DNA of 64,000 nt from Octopus vulgaris. Its lineage: Eukaryota. Location: positions 98,084,001 to 98,148,000 of the forward strand of contig OX597815.1 of assembly GCA_951406725.2 (NCBI GenBank), read 5' to 3'. Shown piece by piece: positions 26,800-41,029 of the stretch (positions within the stretch are counted from its first letter, which is position 1; the number at the start of each line of letters is the position of its first letter). The position numbers and the translations under genes are program-made. The notes beneath the pieces are model-generated. The model searched no databases, was not told where the DNA came from, and worked only from the letters and a program-made list of their open reading frames with translations.

Positions 26800-27215
26800 T
26801 CAAATTTAGGCACAATGCCAGCAATATCTAATGAGGTTAGTGTTCTCGATTTTATCAACTCCATTGGGCAACCAGTACTTTTATTTTATCGACCGCCGCA
26901 AGGAAGAATGGTAAGCTTGAGTCCAGCGGAATTTGAACTCAGAACGTAAATATCCGGAAGAACTAGCAACTTGCAGACTTCTGCGGTGTTATATGATAAT
27001 GGTTTCCAATTCTGGTAGAAAGCCAGTAGTTTCTAAATGGGGTGGGATAGTTGATTACATGGACCTTAGTATTTAACTGGTACTTATTTCATCGACCACG
27101 TAAGGGTGAAAGATAAAATTGAGCTTGGCGGAATTGGAGATCAGAATTTAAAGACGGACGAAATGCCACTAAGCATTTTGTCCGGCGTACTAAAGACTTT
27201 ACAAGCTCGCAGCCT
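26800..27215 (-). mobile_element. Two diverged family A SINE copies
   Basis: gcggaatttgaactcagaacgtaa and actggtacttatttcatcgacc...gacgaaatgccactaagcattttgtccggcg. Confidence 0.7.
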
Positions 27216-28035
27216 TACCGTTTTATATAATGATGTATTGAAAGGTAACATTACAGGTACACTGTCTATAAAAGAAAAAAGACAAAAAAAGGGAGGATTA
27301 TCGAGTATTGGAACATCTTCGATCGGGATGATCCCGAATGGAAAACCTCAGTTTATAAGTCTACACAATCAGGCTTGTCCTGGGGCTAACCGCAACTAAG
27401 TTACTGAAACGCTTTTATTAACATCTCCATTCGCTAAACAATAGCATTTTATGATTGTTATTAAATCAAGCATTGTTCTTTATATTTGAATATCCCCATT
27501 TAAACAGGAATTTTTTTCATGATATATTCATTTTTTAAAAATGAATTTCTATTTAATCCTCCCTTTTCTGTTTTTTATGCGGTGAAAAGAAAATCAATTT
27601 GGCTTTTCCTCTTTTCTTTTTGTTTTTGTTTTTGCAATTCACTTGATTTCATCGACGCCACCGTTGCTTTTATTATTTTACGGTTTTGCTTTAAGAAGAA
27701 ACCATTTATGATTTATCAATTCACAAAGCGCACACAAACACGCTCGCACGCACACACACACACGCGCGCGCACACTCGCATGCACACACACATTCACAAA
27801 CACACACACGCACATGCACACACATTCTCACACATCCAAACACACAAATACACTCACATACATACACGAAGATACACATGCAGATACATACTTAGAGGTA
27901 AACACATATACACACACACACACACGCACGCACATACATATATGTTTGTGCGTTTATACAAACACACACATACTCAGATACATACATCCATGTACACAGC
28001 ATGTACACGCCAACAGATACGCACACACACAGACA

Positions 28036-28075
<40 letters not shown>

Positions 28076-28376
28076 GTCACACTAATACATCATATCAATA
28101 ATTAAGCATATAAATAATTCAATGAATAATCAATAGCATAAAATAAATAAAATATAGAAAAAAGGTGGCAAACATTTTTTAATGGTGAAAATATTATAAA
28201 TGAATTAACGGAAGACGTCGCTGCAACGACAGAAAGAATTCATTGTTATATAACTAACATAAAATGATAGATTTTATGATAACAATTTAGGAACGGAAAG
28301 GAAAAACATGACCTCTGAAAAGATCTGGAACCTGAGTCTGTACCGTGATTGATGAAAGTAAAATGAAAATAAATGA

Positions 28377-28597
28377 AGGCGGCGAACTGGCAGAAACGTT
28401 AGCACGCCGGGCGAAATGCGTAGCCGTATTTCGTCTGCCGTTACGTTCTGAGTTCAAATTCCGCCGTGGTCGACTTTGCCTTTCATCCTTTCGGGGTCGA
28501 TAAATTAAATACCAATTACGCACTGGGGTCGATATAATCGACGTAATCCGTCTGTCTGTCCTTGTTTGTCTCCTCTGTGGGTAGTAAAGAAATAGGT
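28377..28597 (+). mobile_element. SINE family A monomer
   Basis: Near-identical to the 20627 head and body; imperfect TSD beginning gtaaaatg. Confidence 0.9.
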
Positions 28598-30241
28598 AAA
28601 ATGGAAAAGAAATATTAGAATATAATGACAGCGTCAAGACTATTGAAAAGGTTGCAAGACGCAACGAAAGTTTTACGAAAATAAAAATCAGAAAAAAGGG
28701 GAAATTTTACCGGTGAGTGTGTTACATTATAAGGCACAAAAAGAAAATCACGCTCCCCAGACAGAAAAATATATAAAAAGGAAAGTTTTAAGTATACATT
28801 TTGATATATACCGGTATTTAGAGAGGATCTGTTGTAATTAACAATTTGGTTACCTTACAATAAAAAAAGTACGTTGTTTCAAGATTCAGTTATGTACGGA
28901 TCACCAACCATTGGTTCAGGGTATGACGTCAAACCGCATCCGACAGTGGTGCTCTAGCTTGGGAGTTCCAAGGACTTAGGGAGAATGGAACCATCTATTA
29001 GTCATTATTGTTCCCAGTTCTACTCTGATCCGAAGTAGTAGTACCTATCAGGATCCTAGCTTTGAGACAATTGACGTGTTAGGGTAGAAAATCCAAGCAC
29101 AAACCCTCACTGCCTTTTGAGTGCCTTGTAAAAATAAAGGGGAGTCAATCTTGACATCAAACCAAGGAGCCGAGTTCCTCAGATGGTCCGGTGCCCGCTT
29201 TGACATCCTTCCGGCGCAGCGCCGGGGTTGATGGAGCCTTCCACTAGGTAAAGCAATTCACCTACTAGAAAGTCACTCTGATGTAAACAGTATATATATA
29301 TATAAAACAAAAGAACAATTTGGAAAACTCTGTAAACAATATTTCTAGAATTTTCAACTCTAATATCTACTTCATATTTATACAACGACTATTTCATACT
29401 GGATTGTAATACTGGAATAATTAGATTTAATTCAAGAGGACACAGCGTGGATTTTACCATGCCTATATAATATACAAGTGTACGTGTGTGTGTGTGTGTG
29501 TGTGTGTGATATCATATATTATATTATATGTAATAATTTAATTATACATTATGTGTGTATTTTATAATGCACGTGCTACCCCTGTCCGTCGAAAATTGTC
29601 TTCCACGAGACACACCAGTGGCGCAAAAGAAAAGAAAAAAAGGTTGTGGACCGCTGTATTAATGGATGAGTATCTCTTTTCTGTCAAAAATTTTTGATTA
29701 AAGTGCTATAAAGGAATCTTTCGCCTTACTAACTACAAGCAGGACAGAATCTCGCACATATAATATAGGTGATTTGAAAAACTTCGATCAGCTGAAATTA
29801 TCCAAGCCGTAAGTGGACAAAGGAGATAATTGTAATAAGATCTGTGGATTGTAGTATTTTCCCACTAATAAAAAGACACTCTCTGTTAACTGAAGATTTT
29901 CAATTCATTATATTGCATATACATTACATGTCAATGTATTTGTGCTTGCTATGTTTAATATATGCCTACTGGAAAGATTCTCGGGTTCATATTCTCGTTC
30001 TTTAATGGTTCAGTCACGCCCGTTCTTCTTGAACTACACTGCATCGCCTCCTCCCGATTTTAAGCCGGTAGCTCTTAATTTTGGGACATCGAACGACCAC
30101 GTAGCGGTTCCAACATTGGCTTGTTGTTGAAGATTTAGGAAAGCAGTAGCTCTGAGGGTATTTAATATCGAGCAGATCTTTGGTGTATAAATAATCATTT
30201 GAACGAGTAGTATATATAAATATGTGCATTGGTGTCTTTAT

Positions 30242-30294
<53 letters not shown>

Positions 30295-30792
30295 TACGGC
30301 AATACCTCACTTTACGAGGACCTGGGTTTACAAATTTTATTTTTCAAGTGCAAGACCCAAATTTTGAATGAAGGGTTGTTACCGAGGAATTTATAGGGAG
30401 TGAAAAAGCGGTTCTTTTAAGCAAACAACTCTAGACTTGTTTTTTAAAAAGAAATCTACAAGTACGTCTACGAGTGCTTGTGAATCGGCGATCGAGTTTA
30501 CAAGTGATGGTGGGCACGAGTCTAATACGGGTGAAAGTGATTAAGACAATGATTATAATAATGGTATTTTTATCATAAATGATCTTGATATTCTTTTACT
30601 TTACATAGAATATTGTTTACATTGTAATGTTGTCTTATTGCCATTTATTTACGTGTATAATAAATTTTATTGGTAAAACATTTTCCTGTGAACGAATTAC
30701 GATTTATAACATTGCTAGTATGGGAAACTATTATTCTGCTTTACCAGCGGTCTCTGGGAACAAATTAACTCGCATATCAAGGCATTAATGCA
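30295..30792. mobile_element. Tigger/pogo-like non-autonomous DNA transposon (degenerate)
   Basis: Ends tacggcaatacctcactttacgag and ctcgcatatcaaggcattaatgca form degenerate TIRs of the CAGT.ATACCTCG..TACG type, in TA context. Confidence 0.5.
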
Positions 30793-30949
30793 TATATGTA
30801 CGCGCGCAATGTGTGTAAATTTGCATATTTGTTTATGTATGAAAGAATTAAATCTGAATTAACGTGGACAAGCTAGTTGATTGACCGAATGATTATTTAA
30901 GAAACCGTTAAGTTATTTGATTAACAAGTTGACTGATAATGATAATATA

Positions 30950-31182
30950 TAGTACTTTATTGCCCACAGGGGGCTAAACTCAGAGGCAACAAACAAGGAC
31001 AGACAGACGGATTAAGTCGATTATATCGACCCCAGTGCGTAACTGGTACTTAATTTATCGACCCCGAAAGGATGAAAGGCAAAGTCGACCTCGGCAGAAT
31101 TTGAACTCAGAACGTAACGGCAGCAGGAAATACCGCTAAGCATTTCGCCCGACGTGCTAACGATTCTGCCACCTCACCGCCT
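30950..31182 (-). mobile_element. SINE family A monomer with 21-bp TSD
   Basis: TSD ttgactgataatgataatata at 30929-30949 and 31183-31203. Confidence 0.9.
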
Positions 31183-32379
31183 TTGACTGATAATGATAAT
31201 ATAACAGAAATATAACCAGTACTGAGTTACTTATTAGCATAATGGTCCACCAAAAATACAAAAGCATCTGTTTCTACAAATGATTTCACTATTACTAGGC
31301 AAGTTAAAGTGCATCCTCATCACGCTTCTCGCCTAGATGTATTCACATTCCTATATGCTGAAGTGACCTCTAAAGTTACCATTGGAAAATTATGACAGGA
31401 TACCTAGCAGAACATTTCTAAATAGTAAGACAGGCTACATGCTCGCCACCACATATGAGAACATCAACTCTCCCACTATCCACCGCATTTTATTTTATAG
31501 GGAGTATATGTAGGAAACTACATATAGATTTTTCTTCATAAGAGAAGTCGGAACCTAAAGATGGATATAATTCTACATATGAATGTAACTGAAAACAACA
31601 TATATTCTATTTTTTCATTATCTTCTTCAGCCATAATATTCTTAAGCTTCCATTTCTTATTGTTCTTTACTTTTCTACCTTTAATTAGTTAAGGATATTA
31701 CCTTTCCTACGCCTGCGTTTTCTTGCTAATCCACTCGTTTTACTGGCAACGCTTTTTCAGATGAAAATACAACTGTTATTGAAACAGAACTAAACCAAAA
31801 TAGAATTATAAAAATTGTATGAAAAATGGAAAAAGTTAATTATTTTAAAAACTTCTAAGCTATTGTAAAAAAAAAGTAAATGTTTTACACTGACTCAAGT
31901 AAATGATATAAAAGAACCCGAGACGAAGGGGTAGATGCCAATTAAATGAACCCAATGAAAAAGCAACACAGCAAATATAAGTCAATATAGCAAGCAAAAG
32001 GGATCTGATCCTGTTCCCTTTCTCAAAAAACGTCTCGAACACACCATGAATCTCTTCATCTCTACAGCGCTGGAAAGTAAGTTATACATGTTTCAAATGA
32101 CAATTTGTCCGTCCCCTCTTCAATTCTCACAACTCCGTCATGATATTTTGGGACGGCCATTATGCTAATAAGTAACTCACTACTGGTTATATTTCACTTC
32201 TTTTATCATCACCAGTCAACTTTTAAATCAAATAACTAATCGATTGCTTAAATCACCATTCGGACAATCAACTGGCTAGTCCAGGTTAATTCAGATCAAC
32301 TCTTTCATACATACATAAATATACAAACTTACACACGCGTGCGCACGCAAACATACACATACATACGTACACACACACA

Positions 32380-32450
<71 letters not shown>

Positions 32451-32797
32451 AAACACACACGAGTGTGTGTGTGTATGCACGTATATACAAGTGGTTAACT
32501 ATGAAGAATCTTTTGTCATAAATAAAATCAGTGGCCAGTTATATTGTAGACTTTATTGTCATTGCAGCGATAAATTCTGATATGTGCTGACAACTGTTAT
32601 AGGATAGAACAAATTATTTAAGACTTGGGATATTATAACAGTCTATTACTTTATGTGTAGCACTGACCTTTATCTCGATGATATAGAAATAGCAGCTAAA
32701 ATTATCCACCAATCAGTATCTCATATTAGGTACAATAGACTGAAAAGAAAACAAGATGGTCTCAGTTAGAACGTCATTCATCATAGATATGCTTAAA

Positions 32798-33052
32798 ATA
32801 AATAAATGCGCCCTTTTAAAGCCTAGCTAGGCTCATGGGCCCGGTTCCCCTGTTTCAATGACGTATGTGTTCCCCAGCTGGACGGGATGCCAGTCCATCT
32901 CAGCGTTACTCATTTTTGCCAGCTGAGTGGACTGAAGCAACGCGAAATGAAATGTTTTGCTCAAGAGCACAGCGCGTCGCCCGCTCCAGGAATCGAAACC
33001 GCAATCTTACAATCATGATTCTGACACCCTAACCACTAAGCCACGCGCCTCC
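32798..33052 (-). mobile_element. tRNA-derived SINE, family C (body type 2, V-domain-like)
   Basis: Same head as 18778-19095 (GTGGCTTAGTGGTTAGG ... GGTTTCGATTCC), then gatggactggcatcccgtccag, which resembles the V-SINE central domain. Confidence 0.8.
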
Positions 33053-33523
33053 ACATTGATATGCTTTATCGAAGGGAATTTCGTATTAAACGCAATGAAA
33101 ATATAGCCAATATAATGTATTTCAAAAATATTTTTTTATAATTCTTAATCGTTCAACTGATCATTTCTCTTTTGTAAAACATTACTACAATATATCCTAG
33201 ATGTAAGTGGAATTATAATTGAAGATTAGGAAACGAAATAAATGGTAGGGAAATTTCTTAGTCAGGAGTCTACAGGAATCTATGTAGGCGCATTTACTTA
33301 GGGCAAAATAAGGACGCTAATATTTTAGATATACTTTTCCGAAGATTTAAAAGGTGGTTTCAGGTTGGTTTTCAAAAGTATTTAAAACCTGTTAACTACA
33401 TTAAGGGTAAGCATGCGTGTGGATTGCTCAGCGACTTGCACGCTAATTTCACGAGCAGCTTCTTTCATTGATCAGATCGACTAGAACCCTCATCGTCGTA
33501 ACCGACGGAGTGCCGGTTAAATT

Positions 33524-33564
<41 letters not shown>

Positions 33565-33731
33565 CATATACATACATGTAGTGAGCGTGTGTGCATGTGC
33601 TTTTGTGTTCGCGTGAGTGTGTGTGTTTGAGCATATATGTATAAAATATATATATAAGGATAAGATCGTTATTTAAATACCGATCTTAGTCGGCCAGCAT
33701 GGAAAAAAAAACCTTCAAAGGTAATAATTAT

Positions 33732-33933
33732 TATTAAAATTATAATTTAGGGTATCTAAGAGATACCACCACGCTGGAAATAACAGGCAAATCTATCCAA
33801 TGATTTTTTTGCTAGTTTATTTTGTCTGTTTGTCTTCTCTTCTGGTGCTCTATGAACATTTCATTGGTTTTAGAGTCAAGATTTGGTTGCTATTTCCTGC
33901 GTGGTGGTATCTCTTAGATACCCTAATTTATAA

Positions 33934-33941
<8 letters not shown>
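33732..33941. repeat. Fold-back/MITE-like element with 63-bp inverted arms
   Basis: 33732-33794 versus 33879-33941, 5 mismatches; each arm contains the palindrome ggtatct-NNN-agatacc. Confidence 0.9.
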
Positions 33942-34022
<81 letters not shown>

Positions 34023-34324
34023 ATATTTCTTATATACTTGCATTTTTATACAGGAAGATACACACACATACATTCACACATATGTATGCAAGTGTACTTG
34101 TGTATGTATATGTGTATGTTAATTATGTATGTGCCTGTATATGTATGCATCTATCAAGATATCGTGTATACAAACCTCTTCAAACGTGCATACATGCATA
34201 TAGAATTGTACGCTCATAGATATATTTACACATGCACACTTATATATCCATCAGTTTGATTAGTTTTCAAAGCAAATATTTTCCTTTACACACTGACATA
34301 CTCAGACATACACACTCACGCACG

Positions 34325-34359
<35 letters not shown>

Positions 34360-34417
34360 TTGCATACATACACATACACACACATACACGCACGAACACA
34401 CGCACATACACACACAC

Positions 34418-34466
<49 letters not shown>

Positions 34467-34630
34467 ATATATATACATATATACATATAATATAAAGATA
34501 TGTATATATATGTATGTATCTATGTGCATATATGTATATATATGCATATACATATATATATATAGATATACATATGTATACATAAATACACATATATATA
34601 TATATATAATATATATACATATATATATAC

Positions 34631-34709
<79 letters not shown>

Positions 34710-35215
34710 TACATACATATATATTTAAATGTATTTTCTTCTCTTCGCCTTCTTCCTCTCCCTCCCTTCTCTGGCTCCGATGCGATTCCGACCGTAGCCA
34801 ACTAATGACTCGATTAATTAATTAGGCACAATGTAATTACTGACATCCTACTTGATTAACACTTATTACCATGAAGCAAATATAACGAAAGAAAACAAGA
34901 GAAGAAAAGGACGATGAATTTAAAGGAAGAGAAAAAGATGAAACGAAATACAACTGGAGACAAAAGATCTCGCAAATTTCACCTCAAGTGAAATTGTCTA
35001 TTGTATGATATCATGTGAGCAGAGGAAAAAAAAATACAAATACAGTGTCAACAACAAGAACAACAGCAACAACTACAACAAGAGTAACAGTAACATCAGC
35101 AACAACAGCAACAACAATGATAACAGTAATAACAAAATAAAAACAACTGATATTAAAACAAAAGCAATGTTAATAAAAATACGAGTAATGACTTCAGATG
35201 GAGACACACGCTTAA

Positions 35216-35340
35216 GCATTTGAAGGGAGTGTGTATAGTCGACTATAATGAAGTTGTGCATTTAGAACGAATGTATAGTCCACTATAACGATGTTATCCA
35301 TTTGGAGGGAGTGTGCATTGTCTCATGGTAATGATATCTA
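35216..35340. repeat. Diverged ~41-bp minisatellite (about 3 units)
   Basis: catttg.agggagtgtgtatagtc.actataa.ga.gtt repeated. Confidence 0.7.
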
Positions 35341-35484
35341 GTGCACAGTTACATGTGTGTTGAATTGTCGGTTATTGCTATTATTTGCACGACATTTACA
35401 GATTGTGTATTCATTTGTATAAATCGCAGTCATACATATGCATATACTCATATTTTATCGACCATAGATCTCAAGGTGCTCACT

Positions 35485-35740
35485 TTGAAACGGTGGGAAA
35501 AGAGCAGATTGCAAGGACATAGAATTGCCAAACGGAGAACTAATTGGAAATTTGGATGATGGTGAGTACAAGTACCTTGAGATCCTGGAGCTAGACAATA
35601 TATTGTTCAGACAAATGAAAGACAAGTTCACCGCTGCATATTTAAGCGCTTCAAACATTTCTTGAAGTCAAATCTCAACGGAAAGAACGGTGTGACTGTC
35701 ATCAACATATGAGCTATTGCCGCAGTTCGCTTAGAGTGCG
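35485..35740 (+). mobile_element. R4/Dong-like LINE fragment (post-RT thumb region)
   Basis: Conceptual translation IELPNGELIGNLDDGEYKYLEILE...LKSNLNGKNGVTVINI*AIAAVR (one frameshift) matches the YKYLG / LKS.LNG.N...AIN signature. Confidence 0.7.
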
Positions 35741-36450
35741 CACTGCTTACTACTAGCTCTGAAAGGTCATAGGAAGACCCTCAGTTGAATATTGCCTCTA
35801 CATTTGAGACGAAGCAACTACAAGAAATAACATACTACATTGCATCTGAAAGAGAGACACCGTTTGGCTGGCAGATTCACTGTCGAATATGATTAATCGC
35901 TGGTTTATAGACTTTATTTGCTTCTGCCTTTGTGTCAAATATTCTTTTCAACACGTCACCTGTGGTGAACGGTGGAAAAAGGCTTCCTACTTTTTTGTAT
36001 AAGAATTAAAATCTTTTATATGTCATAAAGAAAAAAAATTAAATTACAAGAAAATAGTTCGTATACTGAAACAAGAACTACGCAACTGATTAAATATTTA
36101 CAATACAAATAAATTAAAATTGTAATTATAAAAAAGAAACACGTAAAGATGCTAAAGCTATAACACTGACAAAAGCAAGAGTAGTAATAATAGCAAGAAA
36201 ACAAAGAGAAAAGAAAGCGAGAGAAAAGAGAGACGACAGCCATAATGAAAAGAATGACAATTAAAAAAACATAATAAAACTAACATTTGCCCGAGTTATA
36301 AGCGCCCGCATATGTCCACATGTCAGTAAAAAGCAAGAAGCACAACTATTGTGAGAATTATTCAAGGAAATAGAGACAAAAGCAGGATTCATTTTTTCAC
36401 AGCCTGGTAAACATACCCAGGGAAGACTTTCAAGGCATTATTAAATGATT

Positions 36451-36999
36451 TACACAAAACAAATTCGAAGGCAAACGCCAATCACAAAAAAAATAGATGG
36501 CATGTCAGACCTTGACTACTGGGGTAGACTAGAGAAGCTGAAACTGTATTCACTCCAGCGACGCCGTGAACGCTACATTATCTGTATGATGTGGAAAATA
36601 TTCCATCAGCACTGTCCGAATGATGTTGGCATCACCTTCAAAATACATCCAATGCTTGGACCCCGTGCCATCCGTCCACAACAAAAATCCAAATCGCATC
36701 ACATAACGACAATACGGCACAATTATTTCACCTCAATTGGACCCGCTCTCTTCAACATTACACCAGGACACGTCAAAACAGAAACTGACCACACAAAATT
36801 CAAGAAGTCTTTGGACAAATTCCTTCAAAGAGTCCCAGACAAACCACCCACACCCGGATATGTCTCCGCAAACAATAACTCTCTGCTCGAATGGGCCTCG
36901 GTGCCCAAATCCTGAATTGAAAGACTTCGCCAGGTGGTGCTATTAAGTTAGACATGGCCTGGGCCAATACAGGCCAAAACCTTTCTAAGTTATTCTAAG

Positions 37000-37002
<3 letters not shown>
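36451..37002 (+). mobile_element. Second, shorter copy of the CR1/L2-group LINE (3' end)
   Basis: About 97% identical by manual count to 7287-7810; same (ttctaagtta)x2 end, followed by (TA)n. Confidence 0.95.
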
Positions 37003-37051
<49 letters not shown>

Positions 37052-37068
37052 GTACATATATATATACA

Positions 37069-37106
<38 letters not shown>

Positions 37107-38146
37107 CATATATATACTTTACTTACTTTGTATGTATATATGCATGTTTGGAAATCGAGTCCCTTTCTTACTAATATCAGATCACTGGATCCAGAATGCG
37201 TTAATCTGCAGCAATCCTAGAGATTAATGAACATGACCACGAGATTTAGAATTTGTTATCTGATCCAGGCTGTTTGTAAAAACTGGTCCAGATGAAATTT
37301 TATTTTGTATGGAAATAGATTTGACCCTGTACGTAGGCAAGTTGTTTTGGTCAAGACTAGCCGTCAGTGTTTTGCACGGGCACTGGCATATATTGTATGG
37401 TATCGTTGTAGTTGTCGTTGTCGTCGTCGTCGTCGTTGTTATTGTTGTTGTTGTTGTTGACTACACCCACATAAGCTCTTATACAGCCTATGGTCAAATG
37501 CGTTAACTTTAGAAACAATTTGTTCGAAATTTGTTTCCAGAGATAGAATAACTAATGAGATTCAAGGTAGACCTTGAAGAAATAGGGCATGTAATTTGAT
37601 GAGGTCGCGAATAGCTCTGAAAGGATTTTCATACTCAAACAACCAATTGATTGTTCAAACAACACATTAAAAAAACGATCAGTTAGTTGGCTGGTTGGAT
37701 ATTGAACCGACTGACTAGCAATAAAGTAGTGCTATCGAACCAGTGCGTATCTTTATTATTATTGGTGTAATTACCTTTCCAAGACACTACAGGATTTGTT
37801 TCAACAGACGAATTCACCTCTAGAATCTTGCAAACCAAATACAAAAGCTAATGGAAGTTCCCTTATTTACAGCAGACTGTTAATTCAGACAGATTTGGTC
37901 GCCCAAATGTCTCTCAGTATCTGCGTAGGAGTTCTAACTCGATTAGTTGTAACTGTTATATGCCTAGAAATGTGTTTATGCATGAAAAATATTTAAAAAA
38001 ATTATAATAGCGTCTTGCATCTAGATTATGATAGTGAGGATAGCTAAAAACACTGATGGACCTGAAAGCAGTCGTGTTTTTAATGCAACATATCTAAATG
38101 AAAGCCACATTTATATCTATATATATATATCTTCATACATACTTAC

Positions 38147-38195
<49 letters not shown>

Positions 38196-38217
38196 CATAC
38201 ATACATACATACATACT

Positions 38218-38274
<57 letters not shown>

Positions 38275-38292
38275 CATATATATATACATATA

Positions 38293-38472
38293 GATCGCTA
38301 ACCACTACACATTCTTTATTTTCTCTTTGTTTCTTTCTGTGTTCCTTTCTGTGGAAGAGCGTCAGCTCGAAACGTTAAAGACTTTTTCACTCCCCGAGCG
38401 TTATACTAATACATCTATTTGTTGTCTACACCACCTGTCTTCGTCTTTTGTCTTTTTGTGAATTCTCCCCCT
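38293..38472 (+). mobile_element. Penelope-like terminal repeat fragment with hammerhead-like motif (copy 2)
   Basis: cttt CTGTGGA A GAGC gtca GCTC GAAAC GTT aaag at 38345-38380; embedded between TA/CA microsatellites. Confidence 0.65.
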
Positions 38473-38494
38473 ATACACACACACAGACACACAC

Positions 38495-38527
<33 letters not shown>

Positions 38528-38947
38528 TGTATGTCTGTCTGTATGTATGTATGTATGTATGTATGTATGTATGTATGTATGTATGTATGTATGTACAACC
38601 AGACATAGGGATAGATACACATGTATCCAAATATTCGTAGATACGTACATACATTAAAACTACTATCTTTGAAGATTTTTTCTCAAACATTTTTTAGCCA
38701 ATTGTTTTTAAAAAAGAAGTTCGCTCTTTTATATACACAATGTGTGATGGATGAGAAGGCGGTAGAATGAAGGACAGTTCTAGGAACAATTCAGTTTGCC
38801 ATCACCAAAAACTATTCTGGTGCCACATCAAGCACTTGAAAATACCCAATGACAATGCATACATAAACTGACTGAATGACTGAATGTGTCTGCATTGTGT
38901 GTGTGTATGTGTATACGCAGACACATATATATACATATATATATTTT

Positions 38948-38981
<34 letters not shown>

Positions 38982-39050
38982 CATACAAATATATACATAT
39001 ATATATATACACACATATGCTATACACACATATAATATACACACACACAC

Positions 39051-39104
<54 letters not shown>

Positions 39105-39449
39105 TGTAAGTATTTGTATATATCTAAATATGTCAGTAAGATAAATATAAAAAGAAAAATGTCTTCTTTTTCAAAAAACAGCGTCGAAAGATCTTTTGTA
39201 AATCTTCGGGCGAAGAAGGATTATATAAACAAATAAAGACAACGAAAAAGAAAAAAAATTAAATTAAAGAAATAAAACACCAATGAAAGAAAGAAAAATG
39301 TGAAATGAAACAAAGAAAAAGGAAATGTTTCTTTATTATTTCAATGTCTGTAGCAAGAATTGTGAACTCCGATACAAACGGTGAAAAATAGAAAAGTGTA
39401 ATACCTCAACCCACCGCAAAACAGGAATAAGCATACACACACACATACA

Positions 39450-39486
<37 letters not shown>

Positions 39487-39790
39487 TGCGGGGGTGAATA
39501 AAAAAAACACACATGGATAATAACATGAAAATTAACAACACTAACATTAACAACAAGAAAACAACAACAACAAGAATAAACGTGTATGTCTATTTTGCTA
39601 TTGTTAAGAAACTTAGTTCCTAAAACTACTGAATAAAAAAAAAACATACGAAAGCTGAAAAAAAAAACAAACATAAGTAAACTAAAAACAAAAACAAGGA
39701 GAAAAACATGACATTTTACATTTCATTCCTTGAGACTCTTTTAATTAATTCGCCATTGTAGGCATACATACAAAGATCCGTACATACATA

Positions 39791-39842
<52 letters not shown>

Positions 39843-40218
39843 CACAGGAATGAATGTATGTATGTATGTATGTATGTATGTATGTATGTATGTATGTATG
39901 TATATAAACATGTATGTCCTGGAGTTGACATAATCTGAGATCGTGTTCATGTGTTGACACTGGAACAATAAGATGGTGGCAAAGTCATGAAACCCACATA
40001 TGTAAAACACACATATTCCTTTATATTAGCTATTATTTAAATCTTCCTAGTACTGCGAGAAGATGCTGAAAATTTCCTGGTTTTGGGTAAAAGAAAATGC
40101 AGCAGGATCAATTACGATTTTATTCAAAATATTCACCTCGACACACAATCGTTAGACAAGAAAACTTTAGTCGTGTAAAACAATAGAATGTCAGTTTTCG
40201 AATTCTTTGAATATCGAT

Positions 40219-40560
40219 GCAGGCGTGGTTGTGTGGTAAGAGGTTTGCTACCCTCAACCACATGATTCCGGGTTTAAACATACAGCGTGAAACCTTAGCC
40301 AAATGTCTTCTGCTATATCCTCGGTCTATCAAAAGTTTTGTGAGTGGATTTGCCAGTATGTGTGTAAGTGTGTGTGTGTGTTAGACACCCGGTGTTGGTG
40401 TGTTTACGCTCCAATAATCTAATGATTCGGCAAAAGTGACCGATATAATAAGGACAAGGCTTTACAAAAATGTAAGTACTGGGGTCGATTCATTCGTCTA
40501 AAAATTCTTCCAGGCGGTTTCCACGCATGTCTATAGTCTAATGACTGAAACATGAAAGAG
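40219..40560 (+). mobile_element. Diverged SINE family B
   Basis: gcaggcgtggttgtgtggtaag head; aatgactgaaaca tail. Confidence 0.8.
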
Positions 40561-40954
40561 ACAACAGATAAACTTACGTGTTTGTTAGAGCGTTTTTGAA
40601 ATAATGTAAGTCTAAGTCAAATCCTGTCAGGACAAGTTTGCAGTTGGTACGGCGAATATTGTGACACCAGATAAGAAATGTTTATATGAAGTTAACATTT
40701 TTTGACTGGTTTTGAATTACTAATATTTGTTTTCCATGCGAGTATTGTTTTAGTTTCACCACATGAACACAGACCAAATCATTTGCCAGCCAAGTACATT
40801 TCCATAAGTTGTATAAATTTCTTGTGTGTATGCACACATACATATATGTATATAGATGCATATATGTGTATATATATATATTTATACACATACAAACACA
40901 GGCACACACACACATATATATATGTATATACGTATGCATCTAATTGTGCGTGTG

Positions 40955-41024
<70 letters not shown>

Positions 41025-41029
<5 letters not shown>

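Noticed and set aside
29183-29249. GC-rich segment between AG and GTAAAG as a coding exon
   Set aside because: Stop codons in all three plus-strand frames.
32980-33052. tRNA gene
   Set aside because: The A and B boxes belong to a SINE head; there is no complete cloverleaf, and it continues into SINE body.
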